From Tetramitus jugosus (Eukaryota > Protista > Heterolobosea), in assembly GCA_937625935.1 (NCBI GenBank), contig OW569375.1, positions 310,001 through 374,000 on the forward strand: a stretch of 64,000 bases of DNA, read 5' to 3'. Below the pieces are notes generated by a model. That model saw nothing but the letters and a program-made list of their open reading frames with translations, had not been told where the DNA came from and did not search any database. This document shows positions 55,001 through 64,000 of the stretch, in pieces. Position 1 is the stretch's first letter. Every line of letters starts with the position of its first letter. A program made the position numbers and the translations under genes.

Positions 55001-55324
55001 AGTGTACACTCCTGTGTCTAAACCAGGAATTGTATAGGCAAGTTGTGTACTCACATCATTCCATCTTTCAAACCTGTACAGATCTTGTTCCTGAGTATTG
55101 GCGAATGTAACTCCTGATGTCTTGTCCATGGTACCGACATTGAAATATCTGTCACCCAACCATAAATTACCACTCTTGTCAGTGTATGAGTCAAGGCTGC
55201 CTGCTCTGATACGTATTTCTGATAATGTCATAACACAATCCAACAGAAGAAGCATCATTGCGAGAGCCACAATCTGTTTCTTGAGTATTGACAGTGTGCA
55301 ACTGTCATTAAATTTCAATAGCAT
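52028..55324 (-). CDS. Secreted malectin + IPT + Ig/PKD + PA14 + IPT + dehydrogenase-like propeller + IPT protein (copy B)
   Basis: Near-identical to 41750-45022 except for an IPT domain in place of the CBM52-like/Pro module. Confidence 0.88.
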   Translation of the reverse strand: MLLKFNDSCTLSILKKQIVALAMMLLLLDCVMTLSEIRIRAGSLDSYTDKSGNLWLGDRYFNVGTMDKTSGVTFANTQEQDLYRFERWNDVSTQLAYTIPGLDTGVYTVNLHFSEFFETAFKVGVRVTDIYLQDKLVLSGFDIYKEVGAYAASVKTFEATVTSSGTLKIGLERIARNPKITAIHVVLKSTAYPPPSICPCSLPGSLAINSINPVSSLPLESVQITGRNFASGCIAYFGTIAAVQTTVQSSTSIQAVVPAGYTGLTSVTVKKGSTTSNGVDFTITRPSDHTAHSVPGEDYSITDAEDLGYVTVTLNGQGSHTHLLPPATLVSYEWKLGDAVLGTGVVISARIPVGVNPIRLKVVDSAGNADIAIITITVLPPVVNGVETYYYQYSSSLTKIPDIDSTKPDYGLIESNGINYQTNFPATAYTSNFALEFKGFITTPTSGTYSFSLESDDGSKLVINGVTVINHDGTHSMKTLSGTTSLSKGKQSFRVIYFQAAGGKGVKLYWKPPGSSNEIIPASALSFDQQFVKPVIHSIYPPSGGLAGGYRITITGFGFFYSSSRTTVTIGGKACTDVQVKDSSTIGCVVPASSAISASVVVTTPATTSNVMQFLYSDTSSVVSFQYSGLVSVTSPTVVKFGPDEKLYVGSVEGLLTRFTLDESMAVTDTVTSDVFDGKSILGINFNPKDFANTGNVYIYVTHSILYHDTTTDAVGGVSIVSGSRMNVVQDLITGLPVSERDHGINGLEFNQNLDLLVCIGSNTNGGLPGPLTPSETQTEKQLSASIIIAKISKGSSFRGNVRYTNNDSENGVQNDGLDVSVYASGIKNSYDLVLHSNGLLYATDNGPTGIYGKMSTSCTTEKDGETTVDELMIVTQGSYYGHPNRARAKAMNDPRQCVFRSVTTPSIPGEYTQGIGRFTSSIDGLFEYTANTFGGQMRGHLIIGHYQGGLYDVTLSSDGQSIVKSSLLAELNSAYGGLSTEMGFDGSIISTNYGPNMLNILKPQEPVPWNLPYIVSVFPFRGLMAGGNVISVRGYGFSGDTTVTIDGKSCSNLSVVSNKKVRCTVPSTSVKGLRATVVVTSGGKQYTLPKAYWYTEV

Positions 55325-55584
55325 GTCTAATTGATCGTATTATCTTTTCTCGAATTGTACGGATGGTTTAATTTGTTGGTTTCGTGGTTGTGTGGTGGTC
55401 TCGAGTCCACTATTAACAACAAACTTCTTCCAAGATCAAAAAAGTACCTCATGGTATGATTGGATATAAAAGATGACACTCATGAGATTGGTGATTATTT
55501 TTCATTATTGTTGGTTTTTTTTTGCCAGTCCACAAGGTAATAATGGTATCTTCGTGTCACAAAACTTTGAATCCATTTAGACGC

Positions 55585-56565
55585 TCATTCTCGCCAATTA
55601 GTCAACCCATGCAGCAGACCTGGGATTTCATCTGGCAATTCTCTTGCAAAGAATCCCAATTTGCTGCCCATTCTTTCTGAGAGTACTTCCCCTGCTCTAC
55701 CGTGCAAATAACATCCCCAAGCAGCAGCTTGTTGTGGTTGGCAATGACGAGCTGCAAGGCCTGCGATAACTCCGCTCAGCACGTCTCCAGAACCTGCAGT
55801 GGCTAGTCCAATATGTCCTGTTTCGTTGTGATAAACAATAGATTGGGGATCACTCGACACAATAAAACTTTTGTGCCCTTTGAGAGCAATCACAGAGTGA
55901 AAGAGAGAGGCAGCTTCCAGAGCATACAGAATAGGATTATCACATATTTTCTCCTTCTTTTCAAGGAGGAGGTGGGCCATCTCCCCTTGATGTGGTGTCA
56001 TGATTACGTTGCCATTCAACCTATGCAATGCTTCCCTGGGGAATTTGTCCTTGGTAAAACATGTGAGACCTGCTGCATCTAGTATTACAATCGGACCATT
56101 AGATTCACTCGTTCTAACCTTAAGCTGTGGCAGTAACCGATCAATGAGCCTGCAGGCCTCTTCCTCATCAAGCATTCCTGGTCCGATCAATACAGCATCA
56201 ACCATGTTTGCCTGGACTGCAATGATATCAGCAGCACTCGCAGAGATGTGTCCATCTCTTGTTTCAGGCAACTGATAAATCCTTGCCTCAGGTATGAATA
56301 AGCCCATCTGTGTTGAAATACTCTCAATGGTGGCCAACCGAACCTTTCCAATACCTGTTCTCATGGCCGCCGACGCAGCTAATATCAACGCACCTGGAAC
56401 TTGCCTTGAACCTCCCACAATCAACAACTTTCCTCTCGATTCCTTGTCTCCTGTGTCAGGCGGAGACGGAATAATCCACTCCTTCAAAATTTTGTCGTTC
56501 AACCGGACAACTTGTCTAGCAAAGGAATGAGAATTCTGGTCTTGATCATCAGTGTTCGCCCCCAT
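55585..56565 (-). CDS. NAD(P)H-hydrate dehydratase (NnrD/CARKD)
   Basis: KESRGKLLIVGGS, GALILAASAAMRTGIG, LIGPGM, ILDAAGL, MTPHQGEMA, LATAGSGDVLSG, YLHGRAG. Confidence 0.92.
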   Translation of the reverse strand: MGANTDDQDQNSHSFARQVVRLNDKILKEWIIPSPPDTGDKESRGKLLIVGGSRQVPGALILAASAAMRTGIGKVRLATIESISTQMGLFIPEARIYQLPETRDGHISASAADIIAVQANMVDAVLIGPGMLDEEEACRLIDRLLPQLKVRTSESNGPIVILDAAGLTCFTKDKFPREALHRLNGNVIMTPHQGEMAHLLLEKKEKICDNPILYALEAASLFHSVIALKGHKSFIVSSDPQSIVYHNETGHIGLATAGSGDVLSGVIAGLAARHCQPQQAAAWGCYLHGRAGEVLSERMGSKLGFFARELPDEIPGLLHGLTNWRE

Positions 56566-56650
56566 TGGATCTCGCAAAAGAATGGTAGTGTTTGGTTTTT
56601 TGAACTTTTTGTATTCAACTCTATTTATATTGTGCTAGTGCATTTTATAC

Positions 56651-57703
56651 TTACACAAAACCGTGATCGGAGAGCCATGTGAGGGTGTCCAATAGAGTGT
56701 CCTCTCTAGGCCTTACACTGACCTCTGGAATTAGGGAAAGCAAAGTAGAGACATCAACCTTCAAAGTTTTCTTCTCAGTAGCCTCTAAATCTCCCTCGAC
56801 AACTGGAGTGATGGATGCGAGTTTCTGAGCCAAAGGATGATCTCCAGGTAGCTTCTCCAATGCGTACTTCTGCAATAGGATGAGTTCATTTGCCCACACT
56901 GATCCAGAAGCTGCCAAGAACAGTCTCTTGTTTGCACAATTATCCTGCTTTGCCGCAGCAATATGAGCTTGTGCCATGTCTCTCACATCGACCAAGCTAG
57001 GTGATGGCACTGCCTTCACAACACCTTGCTCGAGCATTCCTTTCACGTGTCCTACCAGAACCTTCAATGAAGAATTGAACTCATTGACGGACTTGTAGTC
57101 ATTCAATGGTGGACCAAGAATATAACCAGGAAGCATAGTAGTGATGCTAAAGGATGGTTTCTCAGTTTCCACATAATTCCATGCAGCCTTTTCACTCAAC
57201 ATCTTTGAGTATGGATAAGGAGAAGTCAGAGCAGTAATCTCAGTGTTCCAATCCTTTTCAGTGTACAACTTGTTTGGATCAATGTTCAACAAGTTGAAGA
57301 TGGCGGTTCCGGACCCAGTGATCACCACACGCTTCACAGTAGAAGATGCATACTGTTGACAGGCGCGCAACACGCTCAAAGTTCCTTCAACAGCTGGTCT
57401 CACAATATCTCTCTCAACATCCTCTGAAGTGTACAGGAATGGGGAGGCCACATGGAATACGATATGGACACCTTGGACAGCAGAATCAAACGCAGAATCG
57501 TCAGTTAGATCAGCAACTTGATACCATTCAATGTGCTTTCCCAAACTCTCTGCATAATCATTCAAGTGCTTCACCTTATGCGTATCAGACAAATTTCTGA
57601 TGGTTGCACGGATCTTCCCAATGCTTGCATCATCAAGCAATTGGTGAATGATATGAGAGGCGAGGTAACCAGATCCTCCAGTAACAAGAACAATGTTGGC
57701 CAT
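56651..57703 (-). CDS. NAD-dependent epimerase/reductase (DFR/GRE2-like extended SDR)
   Basis: VLVTGGSGYLA, FHVASP, PAVEGT, YPYSK, VDVRD. Confidence 0.92.
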   Translation of the reverse strand: MANIVLVTGGSGYLASHIIHQLLDDASIGKIRATIRNLSDTHKVKHLNDYAESLGKHIEWYQVADLTDDSAFDSAVQGVHIVFHVASPFLYTSEDVERDIVRPAVEGTLSVLRACQQYASSTVKRVVITGSGTAIFNLLNIDPNKLYTEKDWNTEITALTSPYPYSKMLSEKAAWNYVETEKPSFSITTMLPGYILGPPLNDYKSVNEFNSSLKVLVGHVKGMLEQGVVKAVPSPSLVDVRDMAQAHIAAAKQDNCANKRLFLAASGSVWANELILLQKYALEKLPGDHPLAQKLASITPVVEGDLEATEKKTLKVDVSTLLSLIPEVSVRPREDTLLDTLTWLSDHGFV

Positions 57704-58162
57704 GTAGTGAGTGTGTTTGAGATTTTTTAGTAGTTCACCCAAGAGAACCTTAACTCTTGAAAAAAATGTGAAAGGATTCCAACCATGGTGCGACACCTGA
57801 TGGATCAAGCGCTATGTGGACCACCATGTTTTACCAAAAGAGATCAATTCACTTGGAATAGTGGAATTCCAAGTAAAGAGCGAGCTCAAAATCTAAACAG
57901 GATATTCTCATTATCAGAAACAACTACAACTATTGTTAGCTTGGAGAAAATGCATCATCATTTTCTCTTGTTCCACACGAAAGCTTGTTTGTGAAATCCT
58001 GTAGCTGACCTAGGGGAAAAATCACAACCCACCGAAAATACACACGAGGGATAATTTTGTCATCATGTAAATCTGACCCGCCATCGCACACATAAAAAAA
58101 AAGGAGTTTCAGTCAGAAACAAAAACAAAAAGAATAACAACCACCATATACATCTATTGACG

Positions 58163-59503
58163 ATGAATTACCTGTCTACCGCCATCAAACATGCCGTGAG
58201 TCAAAATCGATGTCGTTTTGTCGATTCACACTACGATTTGGATTTGACGTACATTACGAACCGTATTATAGCCATGGGATTTCCAGGTGATGGCCTACGT
58301 TCACTGTATCGTAACAATGGTGTTCAAATTGCAGCGTTCCTCCACCAGTATCATCCCAATCATTTTATGATTTTTAACCTGAGTCAATTAGAGTACGACA
58401 AGGACAAATTTGACAATAATGTCATGTTGATGGGTTGGCCCGATCATCACAATCCTACACTTGATCTCTTGTTTTCAATTGTAAAGACGATGCATGCTTG
58501 GTTGCACTCTGATCCGAACAATGTGGTTGCTGTTCATTGTTTGGCTGGTAAGGGACGCACGGGAACTGTCATTGTTTGTTACTTGTTGTACATTGGTATG
58601 TTTGAGACTGTTAGGGAAGCGCTAGAGTATTTTGCAATGAAGAGAACGAGTAGTCATAATGTGGATCGGGGAGTGCTTGCCTGTGTTGATTCACCGAGTC
58701 AAGTCACTTATATTGACTATTTTCATCGCATGATTACAAAACAGGTGAATCATGATGATGTGATTGAGTCGAAACCGGTGCATCTCGATATGATTTACCT
58801 GTACAATGTACCTCCCGTGTTGCTGAATGCCATCGAGTTGGGCAAATTTCGATTGACTGTCAATCAGATGACAACACTAGGCCCGAATGACACACGCCTG
58901 GTCAATATGAAAACGATGAATCGACCTCAGTGGAGACAAACAGGGTTCTCGAACGTGCTTGCATTCCATTGTGACAATTTAGAGTTGCACAAGGATATTG
59001 TGATTGTGTGCAAGATTGTGAACACTCTGAGCGTAGATGAAGTGTTTCGGTTTGCATTCCATACGGCGTTTGTGACAGAGGAACGGTTAAAAAAGGACAA
59101 GTTCATGATGGATCACTCGTTGAAGAATGCACTCATTCCGGATGAATTCTTGGTGGATGTCGTGTTTAAATCACAGAGCTCTGATGTTATTGCTCCTAAT
59201 CTACTTTCGGAGCAGGAGACACAAATATCGGATGGCTCTGTGGGATCAGTGAACCCACCTCAAACCATAATGTCAATTGAGCAAGAACCTTCTCAAGTAA
59301 TTCAGGATTCTCAGTTGATATCAACCGTGAATCCAGAGACACAGATTCAGAGAAACCTGTATACACCTCTCTCCAAAACAAAAGCGAAATTACTACTGAA
59401 TCATCAGGTTGCTGACCAACAAACAATCATATCAAACGAAGAACCACTAGAAGGAGAAGTAATTGGAGAGGAAGAGTCTCCCTCGCCTCCAACTCTCTTG
59501 TAA
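58163..59503 (+). CDS. PTEN-like lipid phosphatase with C2 domain
   Basis: DLDLTYITNRIIAMGFP, GWPDHH, HCLAGKGRTG, SPSQ, FRFAFHTAF. Confidence 0.92.
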   Translation: MNYLSTAIKHAVSQNRCRFVDSHYDLDLTYITNRIIAMGFPGDGLRSLYRNNGVQIAAFLHQYHPNHFMIFNLSQLEYDKDKFDNNVMLMGWPDHHNPTLDLLFSIVKTMHAWLHSDPNNVVAVHCLAGKGRTGTVIVCYLLYIGMFETVREALEYFAMKRTSSHNVDRGVLACVDSPSQVTYIDYFHRMITKQVNHDDVIESKPVHLDMIYLYNVPPVLLNAIELGKFRLTVNQMTTLGPNDTRLVNMKTMNRPQWRQTGFSNVLAFHCDNLELHKDIVIVCKIVNTLSVDEVFRFAFHTAFVTEERLKKDKFMMDHSLKNALIPDEFLVDVVFKSQSSDVIAPNLLSEQETQISDGSVGSVNPPQTIMSIEQEPSQVIQDSQLISTVNPETQIQRNLYTPLSKTKAKLLLNHQVADQQTIISNEEPLEGEVIGEEESPSPPTLL

Positions 59504-59662
59504 AATAGTTTGTCCGAACTTCCACTCAATTTCTTGCCGCTTTTTTGATCGGGTCGCGACACTTGACATTCCTTTCCATAAGCCGATAACCCCTTATAGT
59601 GAACTCTGCGGTGAGACCCATCGAAAAGTTCCAAACACACAAGAATACGGTGGTTCATACTG

Positions 59663-62554
59663 ATGAGACATAGGGCATCGATCATCCTCACAGTCATCAC
59701 GATATTTTCGTTACTGTTTGTCATGTGCCGCTGTGACAGCAGCACAATTGACACAGATTTCAAGCTTTGCCGTATTCTTACACCAAGGAATATCCGAGCT
59801 GATGATCTCTATCTAGGTTACAGTAATAAGAATGATGCGCTGTATGCGTATCTGTCCAGAACAGTTCGTCAAATTCCTTCTGCGGCACTCGTGCCGGGCG
59901 GTACGATTTTCAAGTATGAAACAACATTAGAGAATGTGATACCGGACAACGTTCCCGATTCCTTAAAGGACAAGTTCAAAAAAGTGAAGAGAACAAAAAC
60001 GAAATGGGTAACGATCGGCACTGCAAAGGAGAAGGAACTAAGTAAGAGGTACAAGCCTACTGTACTGTTCAACACTGAGGCCAACTCATTTTTGGTGATG
60101 GGTGGAAAGGATCACAATGGGGCTGTACTGCCTGATATGTGGTCATTCAATATTGATACGGGACTTTGGACAGAACTGAATCGAAAATTTGTGCCCTACA
60201 CCGAAACGATACTATCAGTGAACAGTTACAACGATACTGCCATTATTTTGACAGCCCAACACACATATCTGTACAATATCACTAACGAAGGATGGTCTAT
60301 CTTAGCGAAGAATCCAGCAAATATGACAGAGCAAGACGAGTTTTATAGTGTGGCATATTGTGTGACAGAAGACTTGTTTTATCTCTTGGACTCCGACTCG
60401 AAGCGATTGTATTTTACTTCTCCACAGTTTGGAAATCAATCCTGGGTGAAAATACTAGATTATTCGATGGATGAAGACTCGAGTGACTTGTTTCCTGGAT
60501 TAAATCCAAATCTCTATTGGGATCCAGAGTATAACACTCTCGGTGTGATGAACAACAAGGCCCTTCTATTCAATTCTTCTTCACACCAGTTCTCTGAGTT
60601 GTCACGAGTGAAATTACTCTTTGTTCAAAAAATGAACCCAGGCGGATATGACAGCAAGAGAAATCATATTTACTTTTCAACATCGGTGAGATCAGAGATA
60701 TCTGGTGTAGCAATCATGAGAAGACAAAAGGAACAAACTTGTGCGGATGCATACACTAATGTAGAGCCAAAGGTGTTTCGATACACAGGAATTGCCTCTG
60801 TATCAGTTGCAGGAGGCATCTTGGTGTTTGCAGTGATAGTTATTTTAACTGTACTTATTCGACAACAGAAGATTAATCGAACCAATTCGAGAGCTTCAAT
60901 GGTAAGACTTTACTTTTGTTATATTCAAGATGATTACATTGATGCACTAACACTACATAATAACAGTCTGACTTAGTGAAATTGGAGCACACCAAATTCA
61001 ACTTGTTCACCAACCCTAATGTTCTGATTACCTTCCTCTCCCTATACTACAATGTGATTATCTTCTCAGCACAGTACATTATCATCTTCATACCATGTTT
61101 CCTACTTTTGAAAGTTTATTCTCAAGATAATTTAGTGGAATTTTTCTTCGATTCGATCGGTGTTCTTATCGTAAGTATATGAAATTGTTCACACAGGAGG
61201 AAGAACCAACTAACGCATTACTCTTACTTATAGGATAGCAAGAAACCTGAGATAAGTGCTCTAATCTATCTGTGTACGATTTTTCTCATTCCAGTTCATA
61301 CAACCGTGTATTACTTTTTGCTGTCTGCCTTCTTCTACAAGGGATCAGAAAAGGATTTAGCGAACGAAGATCAACGATTCTACGACAACTGGTCTTCTCA
61401 ACCAACTTTCAATATCAAATTGTTCATCAAGTGTTTGTTGTTGGCATTGCCTGCAATTGGAGCAACGTTAGTTTACGTTGTATACTTTTTCTTTGTAGAC
61501 TACTATTTACAAACAGTACCAGAGATTCAAGGAATTCTCTCAATCGTCAGAAACATTATTTTAATTGGATCAAATTTCATTTTGACGCAATTTGGCTCAC
61601 TCGTCTTCGCATCCATTATTCCTAGAGGTACAGAGTGGTACGAGTTGTTCTCATCAGTCTATCAAGGAGAAGTATCGACGTATACCTATTTCGTGAACAT
61701 ATTGATTGTGAAGATTGTGTTGGGATTTGTAAGTAATTATGATTTATTTATGTTTGTACCAACGAGTCTAGTACTAATATTTACATACTTGACATCATTA
61801 GCTGGGATACATGGACTATATGACTCTGAGATCCATTGTTATCGATATTAACTTGGGTATTGTTGTATCGTTTGTTCTATCAGAACTATTGCTGTGGACA
61901 AAGTGTTTCTTAGGAGTCCTTCAGAATAGAATCGGACCAAATCCTAGTGGCTTGTTATCAAAGTTGATAAGCAAGGTCCTGACTTTAATTTTATCGGAAC
62001 ACTATGAGTGGACAGCCCAGTGGTACTCATACCTGTACTCAAGCAAGATTGCTATGATATTTTGCGTACTCAGCCCTGTTATACTCATTATAGCATCGTT
62101 ATGTATGATTGTGACGTCCTTCTCCCTTGGATTCCGGATTGTGATATTCCCTCCAAAGAAAGTGTACTCACCAGCGATTGCCACCGCCACCATTCGAATT
62201 CAGTTGCACACGCTGCATCCAATGAGAATGATTATCTATGCACTGTTGGTATTGATGGTTGTGATTCTAGCACCAGGAAGGAGTGACCCGAGCTACTTTT
62301 ATGTATTCCTGATGATTCCGCTAGAGCTGTGCATGGGACTCTCAGCTCGAACCCTGAACTGGATGTTCTACTGTTGCTTTGCTCGGCGTTATACCACTGA
62401 ATCGCCATACTTCTCAGAAATGATGAATCTTGGTTTTGAGCCCTTCTTCTGTGGATGCAAGGGAATTGAAGGATCTTGTTATGAATTCACACATTGCTGT
62501 ACCGGCAGAGGCAGTGCCCGGACCGATGTAGAAATGAAGACATACAGGAAATAA
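59663..62554 (+). CDS. Signal peptide + Kelch-like ectodomain + multi-pass membrane protein, 4 exons (introns 60902-60966, 61171-61233, 61729-61801)
   Basis: Three phase-0 GTAAG...AG introns with CTAAC/CTAAT branch points join four ORFs in frame; Kelch FLVMGG...DMWSFNIDTGLW; many TM helices. Confidence 0.8.
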
Positions 62555-62681
62555 ACAGGTGATCTCAACCATCCGATGTCAGTCCTGAACGGAGTTGATC
62601 AGCAGGAGTTTTGAATCTCCGTTTTTGAAGAAGGCGGGAAAAAAAACTGTTGGCACAAAAAACAAAATCTCCAACCAAAAA

Positions 62682-64000
62682 ATGACAAACTTATTCCGTC
62701 GATTCACACTGGCACTAGCAGTGTTGTGTGCTGTTGTGTTTGCATTCGTGCAAGCAGATGCCAAAGCAGACAAAATTACGTCTCTTCCAGGCTACACAGA
62801 CCCTATTCGCTTTAATCAATATGCAGGCTACTTGCTTGCCAATGCTACCAACAATAGAAACTTGTTTTATTGGTTTGTTGAGTCACAAAACAACCCAAGT
62901 ACCGATCCTGTATGTACTCTATCACACATGTCCTTGTTTTTGGTGAATGAGCTTTTTTTTTGTGTGTTGCGTCGATTACAGCGCTGGAAAAAAAACTTAG
63001 CTCACACACATAAACACGAATAATAATGTAGGTTGTCTTGTGGATGAACGGTGGACCAGGTTGCAGCTCTCTTGCTGGATTCATGAGTGAACACTCTCCA
63101 TTTACATTGCAAACAGACGGTAAGACACTCAAGACCAATCCCTTCTCATGGAATCGTGTGGCCAATGTCATTTATTTGGAATCTCCTGTTGGTGTTGGAT
63201 ACTCCTACTCTGACAATCCAAAGATTGATTACAATCAATTCAATGATGACAAGACTGCTAATGATGTGTATCATGCACTTGTGAGCTTCTTTGCAAAGTT
63301 CCCTCAGTACAGATCCAATGAATTCTATGTGTCTGGTGAGTCCTATGCCGGTCATTATGTGCCTGTGAGTACCTACCATATTCATATGGGTAATTTGCAA
63401 GGTGGTAATCCACGTATCAATCTCAAGGGATTTGTGGTCGGTAATGGTGTGACTGATGGTCGTGAAGACACAAACAGCATTCCTCCATTCATGTTCCATC
63501 ATGCACTGATTAGTCAAGCGTACTATGAAAACTCTTTGAAGGTGTGCAGTGGTGATTTCTACAAGAACCAAAATGTTCCACAGTGCAGTGAAGCATTGAA
63601 CAACATGTTTGTGATTATTGCTGGTGTCAATCCATATTGGTTGGCTGGTCCATGTGAAGGTGATCCATCTCCATTCGCATCTGCAGAAGAAGCATTGCAA
63701 AAGAGAGATTTGAACGGTACTCATCCATTGTTCCAATTGTGGAGAATGGCAAAGAAGGGATCCAACGGTGGAGCTCCATGTATTGACTCTGATCCAGAGA
63801 CTACTTACTTCAACACTCCTGAAGTGAAGAAGGCCATTCATGCCAGAGAGGACATCAAGTGGGAGTTCTGCAGTGATTCTGTCAATGAAAAGTATGACAG
63901 AAGCTACGACAGCATGCTTCCATTTTATGCCAAGTTGTTGAACTCTGGTTATAGAGCTCTTGTCTACACTGGAGACATGGACATGGCAGTGAACAGTTTG
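62682..64000 (+). CDS. Serine carboxypeptidase S10, partial (intron 62910-63031)
   Basis: ITSLPG, LFYWFVES, DP-VVLWMNGGPGCSS, LESPVGVGYSY, GESYAGHY, LKGFVVGNG. Confidence 0.95.

Overview
Gene-dense eukaryotic nuclear DNA (~40% GC by eye) with short intergenic spacers, few GT-AG introns (some with CTAAC-like branch points) and many poly-Q/N/H/T tracts. The style (RWP-RK factor, Cdc123-like protein, F-box/LRR genes) suggests a free-living protist, possibly a heterolobosean amoeba; this is inference only. About 30 protein genes are present, including NOL10, a GBP/atlastin-like GTPase, NUDCD1-like, PTEN-like, NnrD, BKACE and an S10 carboxypeptidase, plus one tRNA-Asp(GTC). The main finding is a 5'-truncated non-LTR retrotransposon with a zf-RVT ORF, AATAAA, an A-tail and a 17-bp target-site duplication. 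It sits ~55 bp upstream of the tRNA-Asp gene, directly in front of an older diverged relative, which suggests a tRNA-gene-targeting (TRE5-like) element family that hit the same site twice. Other highlights: neighbouring SPIDR-like and SWSAP1-like (Shu complex) genes; a small PolA-palm-like orphan; a 1203-aa hydrophobic Pro-kinked repeat protein; a double-hotdog/methyltransferase fusion; and a family of secreted malectin/CBM52/PA14/IPT proteins, including a near-identical duplicated pair with one swapped domain that flanks 7 kb of transposon debris. All family calls come from motif recognition by eye, not database searches.
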